A stretch of 64,000 nt of DNA from Antedon mediterranea (lineage: Eukaryota; Animalia; Echinodermata). The notes below the pieces were generated by a model. The model ran no database searches. It saw nothing but the letters and a program-made list of their open reading frames with translations, and was not told the origin of the DNA. A program made the translations under genes and the position numbers. Positions 23,286-36,900 of this stretch are shown here, one piece after another; within the stretch, counting starts at the first letter, position 1, and every line of letters begins with the position of its first letter. The stretch lies in NCBI RefSeq assembly GCF_964355755.1, contig NC_092674.1, positions 744,001 through 808,000 on the forward strand, read 5' to 3'.

Positions 23286-24589
23286 ACTAGGCATTCTGTT
23301 TTACTAGACAAAGAGGCCTAACATTGTGCTAGACCTTTAAAGGTCTGGTCCCCAGGAGTCATAGTCACCTCTCTCCAAGATCGATCCGTCTGTTCATATA
23401 TATATATAAGCAAATTCCTTCAGGTCAGCTGCGACTGACTCGCCTTTTCTGATCTAAGATTTGACCTCCGGCCTGGCTCATTGAGTTGCCTGGTCGACTA
23501 CATGTACATGGTACATTTGTACCATCTGTACTGAGGTTTATGTAGAGTTTACAGTCTACAGTAGTCAATCTTTGAGGCATTGCTTATTTGTGCTGCAGAC
23601 GCACCTGCTAACACTGTGTCTTCTTTGAGCATGCAAGATGAATGTTGGTTCCTTGCAGTGCTGGAGGCCATTTCAAAACGAAAATATTCCTCCCTTCAGG
23701 CCGTACTTTTCGGTATTGCCTTCCCTCGTCATTGATCATGGCTTGTTACAGGTTACGACAATGACGACACTATCTTCTACTGAGCGAAGATCGTGGAAGG
23801 CACGGGTAGGTTTTTGCAGGTTAGAATGATAATTATCATTCCTGCGTTGCTTGTGTTGTTCACTTGCTGTGCATACACCGCTCAGGAAGGCCCCAATTTA
23901 TCCAGTCATTCTCCTGGATTGTCAACAGGCTTAATCTTTTGATTGAGAGCCTTTTTGGCCTTCCTTCTAACGCAGGAACAATTCGAGCATTACGTGTCGG
24001 CACCTCAGATCCTGACACTTTTCAGGGTATGTCTCCTTGCCGTCTGTCACAGCCAATAAGAAACATTCTGTGCGAGTGCCAACTTGTAAAACCTTAGCTT
24101 ACCCTAGGTCGAGATTGCACTTCTGCATTTACCTGTTGAGTAATGCAGGTACTCACAGTGTTGAGCTACTGGTATGCCTTTGATGCAACCACAATGATTT
24201 CACAGACAGCGCTACTAGTTGACGCACCTAGGTTCGCCCTAGTAGTGTATAGCTTGAAGGAGAACACATGGACCTACAAATCAAGGCTACTCTGCTTACT
24301 GTATGAGTTAAGCAGAAGCAGCAAGCCACCCTGTACACATGTACCCTGTTGGCTGCTGATGAGGTTGCTAGAAAAAGAGAGTGCAACCATTATAGCTTTT
24401 GGTCCCACGCCGATGGTGCCACTGTGCTCGCTCCCATGCCCGCCACCACAAGTCTGTCTAAAATTCAGACTTTTTCACGCCCGCATTCTGTATTCTGCAC
24501 GAGGCAGATCAGACAGGGCTGCACGTTCAACACCAAGATTGCAAAGTAACAGAGATTGCAGGTTCTGGTGACATGCTGGTGGAGTCTGT

Positions 24590-26850
24590 ACCCTCGAAGG
24601 TCAGACAAATGGGGGGTTCGCCTAAGATGGTTTGCCTGAGTGTGGGAGACCCCTGCTGGAGAGCAGGTGGTTTCTCTCCACAATTACACACAGCTATTGC
24701 ATTATGTTAATTAACATTACGAGCCCCCTAGTAAGCGGGGAGCTCGCTCGACAAGGATACCGCCAGAGCCACAAAAGAGTTGTGTGCGTCTGCACGGTCT
24801 TTCTTTCCTGCCCAAAAAGGGGGCAGTGGAACAAGTCGACATACAATGCGCTGTCTCAGGACACGAGTCTACCGTCTTCCTAACAGAAAAAAACGGGCGA
24901 TGGCGACCCATACTGAACCTTATGAGTCTAGACTAGCGGTTCTTTCGGCCCCACAGGTTTAGGTGGAGACAGCCTCATCCATCCTGTTGGGGCTAAGACG
25001 AGAAGACTGGGCGGCCTTGATAGATCTGAAAGACGCATACTTTCACTTCCCTATCGCCGAGGCAGATCAACGCTGGTTGCGTTTCAGAATCCATGACCAA
25101 CTTACCAATCCGTAGTTTTGCCAACCAACGGCCCTTGCGTGTTTACACGCATAGTAAGAATGCTGTCGACATTCTTTTACTAACATGGCATAAGAGTGTT
25201 CATGTATCTCGACGATTGGTTGGTCGTGGCCCAGTCTAAGGACAGACTGATGAGCAGTCTACAATATGTCCTTATCGTTACGGAACAGGCAGGTTTCATT
25301 ATAAATCGGGAAAAGTCGTGCCTGGTGCAGACTCAATCCCGCTATATCTCGGATCACAGATAAATCTCGTGACGGGCTTGGCGTGTCCATCCCAACAATG
25401 TATAACGTCTGCAATGAGTGCAGTACGCAATCTAATTACTGTTCGTGCTCCGATGGTTTACGAATGGCTCAGAGCACTAGGATGTCTGGCCAGCTTCGTC
25501 GCCTTAGTTCCGTATTGCCGGCTGTGTATGAGACCAGGACAGCTTTATCTGCTGGCTTATTACCGACCGCACTTAGACTCATTACTCAAAGTGGTCCGAT
25601 GAATGCCTTCATCCGAACGCATCTCAAATGGTGGCTGGTAGAAGGCAGGTTGACTGTGGGAATGCCAATTCAAAAATCTTTGCCGGGCGTCCGTATAGAG
25701 ACAGACGCATCCAAGACAGGCTGGGGCGGTTGCTCCAAGGCACTCCGCGCCTCCGGCCTTTGGACGGTCGAGGAGGCGCGCTCCCACATCAACCTCCTAG
25801 AACTCTGTGCAGTCGAAAGGACCTTGAAGGCCCTTCGACCTCGCGTGACTGGTCGTCACGTCCTTATCCATTCCGACAACTCATCAGGGGTAGCATATAT
25901 AAATCGTCAAGGAGGCACGAAGTCCCCGACGTTATGCTTTCACCTGTGGACTCTGATGTTGTGGTGCGTAGACAACATCACACTCTTGGCTGCCCACAAT
26001 GCGGGCAGCCTCAACATTGTTGCGGACGCTCTGTCCTCACAAACACGGAATGGCGCCTTCTACCCAGCATTGCCACACTGTTATTCGACCACTTCGGGCG
26101 GCCTCATATAGAAATGTTTGCGACGTCAGACAACACACAGCTCCCGACCTTCTCCACAAGGTTTCGGGATGCACGTGCGTGAGCGGTGGATGCCCTATCC
26201 ATACCGTGGGTCGGTCTATGGGTTTATGCGTTTCCACCGATCTCACTAATACCAACTGTTCTGACACACATTCAGCGCCATCCTTGCCGGGTCCTTCTGA
26301 TCGCCCCGGGCTGGACTCGACAAGTGTGGTATCCACTGCTTCTCGACCTGCTCTACGATCATCCCCTGCGTCTTCCAGTTCGAGAGGATCTGCTGACGCA
26401 GGGCCGAGCTCTGTTCTCACTACAGAACCTACAATCCCTGCGCCTAACTGTATGGCCATTTTCAGGGATCAGCTCCGAGACTCAGGCATTCCAGATGGCC
26501 CTGCCGCCCTTGCGGCGAAATCTCGTCGGGAATCTACTCTTGCCGTCTACAATAGCCGATTAAAGCATTTCTTTACATGGTGCAGGCGCCAACAAATAGA
26601 ACCAGGGTTGGTTACCCTTGGTCAAGTATGCGCCTTCCTGCATTACCTATTTGAGTCAGGTCTTCAGGTCCGCACCATTTCAGGCTATAGGCTCGCCATT
26701 GGGGCGGTGACGCCAACACTAAGAGACGGTTCCACGATTTCGTCATCCCCCGTTATCACTCAGATGATACGGGGGAATGTTCACAGAACGACCTCCAGTT
26801 AAGGTCTTGATTCCTCGATGGGATGTTAACGTCGTCCTAGCCACTCTCTC
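24590..26850 (+). pseudogene. DIRS-1 pol (RT-RNaseH-MT) and partial tyrosine recombinase, with multiple stops and frameshifts
   Basis: Segmental homology to ORFs 34908-37188 of DIRS copy 2. Confidence 0.85.
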
Positions 26851-27719
26851 ACACACCCACCCTTATAGCCTGCTTATAATAGCATTTGGACCGCCGATGG
26901 CACCAGGTAAATGCTGAGGCAAGTTGTTCGCTCTTACCTTAGAACCAAGTCAGAGGTAATTGTAGAGGGTGCAGCTAGTACTTAATGAAGTTTTCTAGCA
27001 TGAGGGAAACTGCATCGAATCAGAGCCCACGGTGAGCGAGGTGCTCTTTTGAAAAGGATACCGTCGGAGCCACTAAAGAGTTGTGGATTCCTGTACGGCC
27101 TCAAGGTCTTGCTTCCAGATCTTGCTTTAAAAAAAAAAAAAAAAAAGATATCGATGCACGGACTAGAGAAACCGAACGTTTCCAGTGCCGCTGTTGTGCA
27201 CCATCTCTCCATAGAGGCATGATGGTGAACACATTACCTTGGACAGCTCTGCAAACCTTGTGCCTGTAGCCACATCAGTGATGGACACACAAAGCTCATT
27301 GGTAGCTTGTCTCCCACCGCCGACTAGTACCTAGTCCGGTGCTACACTGGCATTTGTCGGTTTATCCAGGTAAGCTAGGCACGTAATAGACTACACAAAC
27401 CAGAAATGGTGTTGGTAGTCTATAAGTGCTAGCTTACCTGGATAAACACCCTCCCGCCATCCCCTCAGACAAGAGGTCTTGAGAAATGATGATGGTGAAT
27501 TGTAGGGATGTTCCCACTTGAGGTTTGTGGACTGTACCATTTAGAGAGAGGGGTGTTCAATGAATTTTCTACTTTTCGAGTATATCTCGCTCTTCGAGGA
27601 GAAATATGGCATTTGTCGGTTTATCCAGGTAAGCTAGCACTTATAGACTACCAACACCATTTCTGGTTTGTGTAATTATTTTTAAATAATTAAAATAAGT
27701 TTATTCTTGCAGAGAAAAA

Positions 27720-27951
27720 ATGGAATCGATAGAACAATCATTATTAGAAAATCTTCCACGAACACAACGACTGAAACTTGCCAAGAAATTTAGACAAGAT
27801 CAGATTAAACGTTTCAACGCTTGGCAGAAGCAAGCCAAAGACAGTCCACGTCGGTCTAAAAAGAAAAACAAAAACAAAAAAGGATTTAATGTTAATTTTG
27901 ACGTTTGCAACAAATTCAGAGATGCAGTTTCAAGATTTGATGATCAAGAAG
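27720..27951 (+). CDS. MYO16: MYO16 first coding exon
   Basis: ttgcag|agaaaaaATG ... GAAG|gtatgt; Myo16/MYPT-like N-terminal helix. Confidence 0.88.
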
Positions 27952-30900
27952 GTATGTTTCTCATTTATTTAATTATTTTTCTTGGTTCATTTTTACACAT
28001 CATTGTACTGTATTTATTTCCAGAGGAAAACTATTTTAAAATTACTGAGTCTTGTGTATTTTTGTTCTGCAGCTAATATGTTACACAATGCTAATAGGAT
28101 AATTTTTAGATAATTCACCTAACCGTAAAAACTCTAATTATGTTCACAAAAAGGAAATTATCAACAACTGTTACTGATTAATTATGTTTTAACATTCTCA
28201 AAGTGTAAGTAAAACAACAACTTTTAAAGCTGGCAAAAAAGAAAGCAAAAATGTTGCATTGAGAGGTAAAATATTTTAAGATATCAGAGTAGGATTAATC
28301 ATCGATTTTACGAGTTGATTGGTTTAATGTGTAGAGTGGGACAGTCATATCCCTTGATGTCCTCCAAGCATTCTGTCGTAGCGCAATACACAGCGTAGTG
28401 TAGCAGAACTTACCAGCTGTTCAGAAACTTTTTTCTACTAAGTTGTTATTTGTTGTCACGCTAAAGCGCTTGTCTTCTATTGTCATATATTTATACAACC
28501 CCGGTGATTTCCTAGTGGAATTATTTGCCAAAAGTTATACAATTAATCTGGAAAAAAAAATGGAGTTATTTAATTGTTAGTTGTGATATTGCATTCTATT
28601 GTTGGATTTTATTCAAGTAAATGTAAGTTTTCTTGCTACTGTATTAGTTTTGCAGAAGATACTGTACGTGTTGCTTCTTAATTTTGTCTTTTAATTGATA
28701 AATGTTTACACTCAGCCTCAGAACGAAAATAATATGTAATGTACTGTAATATCCAAATTCCTGTCATTTTGTTAAAGTCTAATACAATTAATAAACTAGA
28801 CATGTAACTCGTCACTTTGACGAGTTTGGTTATCCGCCGCGCAAGTGGTGCGACATTAACATTAAGGGGATAGGTTGAGGACAAAAGGAAGTGTTCACGT
28901 TGGCATTATGACCTGAACTGAAGAATATGATATGTTGTTATTGCTGAATTTTATTATTTAAATTCATATATAGTATATACACAGTATAATCTGTATCCAT
29001 ATCACATACAGTGTAGAATAGGTGAAATTACGGGACCCGCTATTTATTGCAATTTTGAACATGTTGACGGTTTTAAAATGAAACGCGAAGGTAGCAATTC
29101 CGAAAGGAAATTATCTCAGCAACAACGTATTAGCGTGTAGAAGAAATTTGAATACGTGAAATATTGATGCGCGCTCTTTTAAATGTAATGAATTATGACG
29201 CAAAAGATGAAAATACGACCTTTTTTATTTAACTGGCCATATGATGACGTCACAACATCCGATTGGCAACATTTTTACATAATTTCGTATCTAAAATCCA
29301 ATAGCTTCCAGAAAAAATGTTAATCGTGATTATCACATTTTATTCTTACGAGCTATAACAGATTAAAATTTACTGTAAAGATGAAATTAATGCCACACGT
29401 GATTTAAATTTTTAGGCATGATGACGTCAAAAAAATTAAAATATTTTTAACTCATGCGAAAGATACTTGATTGACCTAGACAAAATCAAAATCGGGGTGA
29501 AAATGGAAAACGGATAAGTGGAGATGCGCTCTATTCAATGTGATGAGCTATGACGAAAGATACAAAAATCCTAAATTTTATATTCGCATGGCCATACAAT
29601 GACGTCACAATGTCCGGTTAGCCATATTAATACCTGATCCGATATCTACAACTCATCTACTTCCAGAATATGCCATCCACAAAAAGTTGACCGTCTAGTT
29701 TAGAAATTACGACTGTTTAAAAAAAGGCATATTTTAAACGAATTTTTTAACCTTTTCATAAAAAACGCGCGCAAATTGTCCAATTCGACGTGCTCGTATG
29801 ACGTATCTTTAAGTCGAAATTGTTAAAAATTTGGTAAAATTACTTAAAAGGCTGGAAAAATATAAATCACACGAAAAAAGTACGTTTTCAATACTACGTG
29901 TGCACCGCACACGTAAAAATGTGCGCACGCGTGGGAATTTTTGACATGCTTAAAACGACATGAAACGCGTAGAAAGTTGATTATAAATTAATTTTGCGCA
30001 TTTTGAAATTTTAAATGCGCGTGCGCGCGTAACTTTGTGTAAAACACGCAATTTTTTTTCAACAGAAAGTTAGCGCATGATATAAATTAAACTTTTGCAA
30101 AGTTTCAAGTTGAAATGTTATTTGGTTGTCGAGCTGTTAAATACGACAAAATCGTTAAATCGCGCGTAAGTCACGTTGCGCAATTGTAAACGTCATGAAA
30201 AGCTTCGCTTGACGACGTTACGTAAATGTCAATATGTTAAGATAGTTACCGAAATGTTATGTTTGCGAGTTTTAGAGAAAAGCGTTACACAAAAATCATA
30301 CAGAATGATTTCGTACAATCACAAGAGGTTATCCTGCAACTTCGTTGCGGATAACCAATTAGTTGCCATTGTATTTGTAACATGTGTCCTCATCCATCAG
30401 GATACAGTTTAAACTTCAGTATTGGAATACCATTGCCCTTTAGATGAATACCATTGCCCTTTAGATGAATACTGTGGTTTAATGACTTATAAAGTGTAAT
30501 TACAGTTTGATATTTGTATTTTCAGTGATTATTTTATTGGACCGTGGAGCGGATGTGAACACTGCTTCTGACATCGGTGTTTCTGTATTACACCAGGTGA
30601 GTCCGAACCTTAAATTACATTAATTCCCAAAATAATAGCTTTAAAAAGAAGGGAATGTTTTTGCTGGTTTAGCATAACAAAGTGCCACATTCAATTCTAC
30701 ATTATTATTACCGGTACTACTCTGATGAAATGGTACAAATTATTTACAAAAGTACCTGATCGATTTTTCCCATTTTTTCAAAAAAATTCTCTGTACTACT
30801 GTATATATAGTGCTATAAACATATCAATAGTGCTATTAAAGTAGTGTAATGTTCTTGAATTGATGAGTTTAAGTACAGAATTTATGCCTTCTAATTTGTG

Positions 30901-33900
30901 ATCCTGCAACAGCTCCTCCACTTTCTTCTTAACTTATGTTGTATGCCACAAGAACATGTTGGTTAAATAAAAGATATAAAGAGAGAATATGCTGTGATAT
31001 TTGCAATTAAGATATCAAACCAAGTTATATTTACATGAGTTCAATTAGTAGTAAAATTAGCAAATAAACTATTAATTAAAGTTTAAAAAGTGATTGTTGA
31101 CCTGATTGGTTGTTTACATCAGGTTTCCTTCCTGGGGGACCAATGTATAATTGATCAATTATCAAGTATATTAACGTATTACAATCTTATTGTTTGAACG
31201 AAATTATATTAATTTATTTTATGCTTTGTAATGATTGAACTTTATTAGGATAATGCTAGTCACAGCCAGACTCGCCAACAAGAATAGTGGGCGAGTAAAT
31301 GTACATTAAAACCTACAGTAATCCATTAGGCTATTGAAATAGTCTGTGAATATGATAATTAATCATTGTACATGTTTTTCTTTTTAATTTATTTCCTCTG
31401 TGATTCCAAAAAAAATGTATTGTTATTATGAAGGTAATAACATTCTTGTGGTTCTGACTGTACTGTGGTTTCGCTCTTTCTCATTTTTACAATCAATTTG
31501 TTTTTTAAACAACAATTTACAAAATGTATATAAAAAAACCCTAATATAATGTAAATAATATAGAATTCTACCATTAGATCATTATTTATTTGTTTTATCC
31601 AGTCATATTATATTCTATTATCAAATAAGTGTAATCAGACAAGGTCAAGGGTTCGAATCCTGTCTGAATCATCATGTTGTTCTTTGTCAATAAAGTTTTA
31701 GTCACATTTAAGTTCCTGTTTCCTGCAGTCTTGTGTCATCAAACCATTACTACTTTTGAGTCAAATCATCCATCTGTATGATTTATCATTTATTATCAAT
31801 TATTTCCTCTAGTATATTTCCACACTTCTGACCAGTACATACAATTTCAACACCTTTAATTATAATACTAATGCAACAAATTAATTAGTAGAGATTTGTT
31901 AAGTAAACTGATTTTCTCAATAAAGTCTGACTAAAGTATAATATATTCAACCTTATTATTTATAATTGTCAATGAAATAATCTGTGATTAAAAGAACTGC
32001 TTCATTGCCAATGTTATTTATCATATTTTTCAGTTCATTTACTTTGTATTTTGTATATATAGCCATTCAAAAGCTTTGTTTTTCACCGGTGACCCTTAGC
32101 TAAAGTGACATTTTGTCCTACAGTATAAAGGTCCCCTTCTATTTTATACTATTTCATTTTAATCTCAACATTTTGATCAACTTGTTTTGTTTTTTTCTTT
32201 GTATAATATGGAAAATAAATATATATAATTATTCATAAGTTAACACCAGTGTATCTTTACTCCTTATTTAATTTTTCTGACAATATTGAAGTTTATAACT
32301 TGCGTAACATCCGAAATATAATAATTCCATTTTGTAAGACCACATCATATCGTTTATCTTTTGTCCCATCTATATAACACATTGGAATGAGTTAAATAAT
32401 AAAATAAAAAATTCCTCATTTCTTGTTGAGTTTAAAAAATTGCTACTGAAATCCAATTTGTTTGAAACAAAAAAACGTTCTTATTATGATACAGGTGATA
32501 AGAAGATTAACCAAATTCACACTAGAATCCGACTTGGTTTCAGCTGTCTCAATTCGCATTTATTCTTACATGGACTTCGGGACAATCCAAATTGTACTTG
32601 TGGCTTTAATGTTGAGAATCCGCTTCATTTCTTATGTTACTGCCCTAATTATAATACACAAAGAGATATTCTACTTGTAAGCGCTAACTCAATTATTGAG
32701 GATATCTTAGCCAAGGATTTTTCTTTAACATTTAATTTTACATTTTTAAGTGAAATTTTTATTTTTGGTTCCGATCTTCTTTCGAATTGTGAAAATGCTT
32801 TGTCTATATCGTGCCTAGCTTACCTGTATAAACCGACAATAGCCCGTGCTCTCCAGAGGGAGGGCTTAGATACGAAAGTGAAAAGTTCCTAGAACACCCC
32901 TGCATTATAATGGACCCGTCCGCAACCACGCCCTCATGTGGGAACGTACCAACGTACCACCGTCATCATTTTCTTTCGTAACGTGAGAGCGTTACGTCGT
33001 ATGATACCAAGTGTTAGGATTGTACACTGTACATACTATACAAAGAGTTCTATTACGCTGATTTATTTACTAGTTGACTTGGCCAGGATATTGAGTGTAT
33101 TCCCACGGCCTGTTGCAGTACCAGCGGTTGATATTGTTCATATATCGTTGATCCGTTTTAAGTCTGGGTCTTCCTTAGATATAAGGAAGATTAAAAAGGA
33201 GAAAACAACACCCACTTCATTGGATTTTAGGCCGGAACGGCCACGCTACCGGAAGACAAAGGAAAAGCAATTTGCATTGCCACCTGGACTGCCTCAGCTG
33301 AGGCGTGGACGCACTGTTGCGTGAAACAACAACAAAGCCGTCGTCAGGTTGTATTGTTCTTTATCTTGCTAGGTTGCGTTCTGTGCCCGGATATGCCTAA
33401 GTCTGAATGTTGGCAATGCAGGGGCCAGCGTACGACAGTCAAGTGGGACCGCCACTTGCTGTGCATTCACTGCCGCACCTGTAGCCAGGAGTCGCCGCGC
33501 GACGTTTTTGTAGCGTTGGACGGCTTCGCGGTTCCGGACGTTGCTTCGTCCGTTAGGGCGTGCGCGGGTGGTAGACCCCGCACCCGTGGAGGTTCAGGTG
33601 GAGCCCCCGGCCCCGCTAGTAGAAGAGACCGCGCGCTTGCAACGGCCGCTGCGCCTCCACCGCAGAGTGGTACGCAGGACGAGGGTTTGTTCCCACCCGT
33701 ACTGGAGGCCATCGCAGCAGCGGTGCGAGCTCTACCGAGGGAGGTTGTGCCCTCGGCATCCTCGCTTAATTATCCTCCTGTGCCAGTTCTGCCTCCGCAG
33801 TACTTTCAAGGTCGAGGGACGCACCCATCGCCGGATGTCGGTGGGTACGACAGTGACAGGACCATGACCTCGCTGCCTAGTGAGGATCGCTCCAAGGTTG

Positions 33901-36900
33901 CACAGGGTGGAGACGGTTTGCAGGCTCTTGTCAATCGTGTGGTTCCTGCTGTACTTTCGTACATTTGAGTAGAGTACGCCTATGACGCGCCGACGCCCGC
34001 GCCGGCTTCGAAGAGGTACTCTACCTTTGGAGTGCGTGCTCCATTGAAGCGGGTCACGACTTGTCCAGTTGCGCCGCTGGATCCCGAACTTGTCGCTAGG
34101 GTAGAGGCTATAGCGAAGGAGCCTAAAACCCGTAGAGCTGCACCTCAAGATCTCGCAGCAGCCTTCCCGCTTCCGCAGGACCAGTTTTCAACGCTATATA
34201 TATCGGCACCACCGATCCCGGATGCAGCGAAAGAAGCGTGCGCGCGAGGACCAAGGTCTCGACGCCAACGGCAGATTTCTGTCTCCTTCGGCCGCCAGTA
34301 CTGAGGAGGCGCTAATCGCGGTGGACCGTGGCGCACGCGAGACGTTACGAACGGTCTCGATGTCGGGCTACCTTCTGTCATTCCTCGCGGATCCGGACCA
34401 TCCACGGCACCTTGACGCGGACGTGATCTGCTTGCTTCAGCAGTTTACGGGCCTGGTCGCGGACCAACAAGTGACAATTTCAATGACCTCGTCCGCCGTG
34501 CGGAGGGTCAATTGACCGTTTCACAACTAGCGGGTCGTTCGGTGCTGTGGACCTCTTCTACGGTAATTTCGCCGAGAAGAAAAATAAGTGGGCTCGCGAG
34601 CGAGAGGCACGTCGCGAGACGAGATCACGCAAAACGCCTCCAGCCCCACTGCTGGTGGTGCCATCGATCTCACAACCGCCGCCGTCGGTCCGTAATCAGT
34701 CTGAGGTTGGGCAGACTCCTGGGCCGTCGCGACCCCGTAATTCCCGCCCCGCGCGTGGCGGTAAGCCGGGTAGGGGAGCACGTCGGGACCGCGGTTCGCG
34801 ACGTGGTGACCGCAGGTGCCGGTGACGTGCAGGCGAGGTCCGTGCCGTCGGGGGCCGGACCAGTGGGAGGTCGTCTCCTACGGTTCGTCCGAGAGTGGGA
34901 GTAGCTGATGGTAGACAGCTGGATTCTCTCCACACTTAGCTACGGCTACCGCATAGAATTTACGAGCCCTCCAGTGTGTGGAGGTCCTCGTCCGACCACA
35001 ATCCCCAAAGATCCAATAAAGCAACGAGTGCTTATGGACGGGATTGCCGCGCTGCTCCAAAAAGGAGCCGTAGTAAGGGTCGAAGAACATCATGCGGGCT
35101 CGGGCCACGAATCAACCGTATTCTTAACCAAGAAGTCCTCGGGGGACTGGCGACCAATTATAAATCTAAGACGTCTGAACAAACGATTTATTCGGCCCCG
35201 CAGGTTTCGGATGGAGACAGTCTCATCGATCCTGTTAGGGCTAAGACGAGGAGACTGGGCCGCATCGACAGATTTAAAAGATGTGTACTTTCACGTACCA
35301 ATCGCAAAAGAAGACCAACGTTGGTTGCGGTTTCGAATCAACAATTGTCTTCACCAGTTCGTCGCGATGTCGTTCGGCCTATCAACGGCTCCGCGCGTGT
35401 TCACGCGCATGGTTCGAGCGCTCGGTGCGTTCTTTCACAAGCACGGCATTCGCATATTCATGTATCTAGACGACTGGTTAATCGTGGCTCAGTCCAAGGA
35501 CCGGCTGGTGAGCAGTCTCAATTTCGTCCTTCTCGTAACGGAACGCGTAGGGTTCATAGTGAACCGGGAAAAGTCGTGCCTGGTGCCGACTCAGCATCCC
35601 ATGTATCTCGGAGCGCAGATAGATCTCGTGTCGGGCAGAGTGTGCCCCTCACAGAAACGAGTAACCAAAGCCCTTGCTGCTATACAAGGCCTGATTACCG
35701 CTTCCGCTCCGACAGCATACGACTGGCTGAGAACGCTAGGTTTCCTAGCCAGCTTTGTAGATCTAGTTCCGTTTTGTCGGCTACGGATGCAGCCGCTGTA
35801 AGTTCATCTGTTAGCCTTCTACCGGCCAGGTTCAGACTCATTAGACAAAGTGGTCCCGATGTCGGCGTTCATTGTAACGCACCTCCAATGGTGGCTAACG
35901 GACGGCCGATTGTTAGTGGGCAGATCAATTCAGAGATCAATTCCGGACACCCGAATAGAAACGGACGCGTCCGAAGCGGGTTGGGGCGGTTGCTCCAACC
36001 AGAGTCACGTCTCCGGCGTTTGGAGTGCCGAGGAGGCGTTAGCCCACATCAATCTCTTAGAACTTTGGGCAGTAGACCGAACGTTGAAAGCGCTACTTCC
36101 AAACATAAAAAATTCACACGTCCATGTCTGCTCGGACAACGCAACCGTGGTCGTGTACATCAACCGACAAGGAGGCACGAAGTCTCCGACTCTTTGCTAC
36201 CACACATGGACGCTCATACACTGGTGCATCGCGCACAGAATAACGCTGACTGCATCGCATATTCCGGGCAGCCAGAATGAGTCGCGGACACGCTGTCCCG
36301 ACTCGCTTTACGCCCGACCGAATGGCGTCTGTTGCCGAGCATAGCCACCCAAATATTCGACCACTTCGGACGGCCGCACATAGTCCTGTTTGCGACGTCA
36401 GAGAACACGCAGCTCCCGACATTCTGCAGTCGATTCCGGGATGCACGTGCGTGGGCGGTGGATGCCCTGTCCATGTCATGGGACGGTTTATGGGCGTACG
36501 CGTTCCCGCCGATATCGATCATACCAATAGTTCTGACTCACATTCAGCGCTTCCGATGCCGAGTTCTGTTGATCGCACCGTTCTGGCCTCGTCAAGCGTG
36601 GTATCCGCTTCTTGCCAGTCTTCTTTACGATCACCCGCTGCGTCTTCCGGTCCGCGCGGATCTACTGACGCAAAATCGTGCGAGGTTCTCGACGATCAAT
36701 CTGCAATCCCTGAACCTGACTGTTTGGCCATTGTCAGGGATCAGCTCAGAGACTCGGGCATATCATCTGGAAGAGAGTCGACTCTCACTGTCTACAACAG
36801 CCGTCTACGACACTTCTTTCGCTGGTGCAGACAAGATAACATAGACCATAAGGCGATATCCTTGGGTCAGATCTGCGCTTTTCTGCATTACCTGTACGAA

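Larger units (their letters stand above)
22339..27674 (+). mobile_element. DIRS-type tyrosine-recombinase retrotransposon copy 1 (degenerate, non-autonomous)
   Basis: Left ITR 22339-~22507, ICR ~27349-27445, right ITR 27482-27637 plus right extension to 27674. Broken coding segments: RT (WRPILNL, DLKDAYFH, MYLDDW), RNase H ([27 protein letters not shown]), MT domain (VDALSIPW..YAFPP) and the YR N-terminus (SRRESTLAVYNSRLKHF). No TSD. Confidence 0.92.

Noticed and set aside
36332-36770. Adenine methyltransferase-like domain as a novel captured gene
   Set aside because: The MT domain (…YAFPP) is an established component of DIRS1-like pol.
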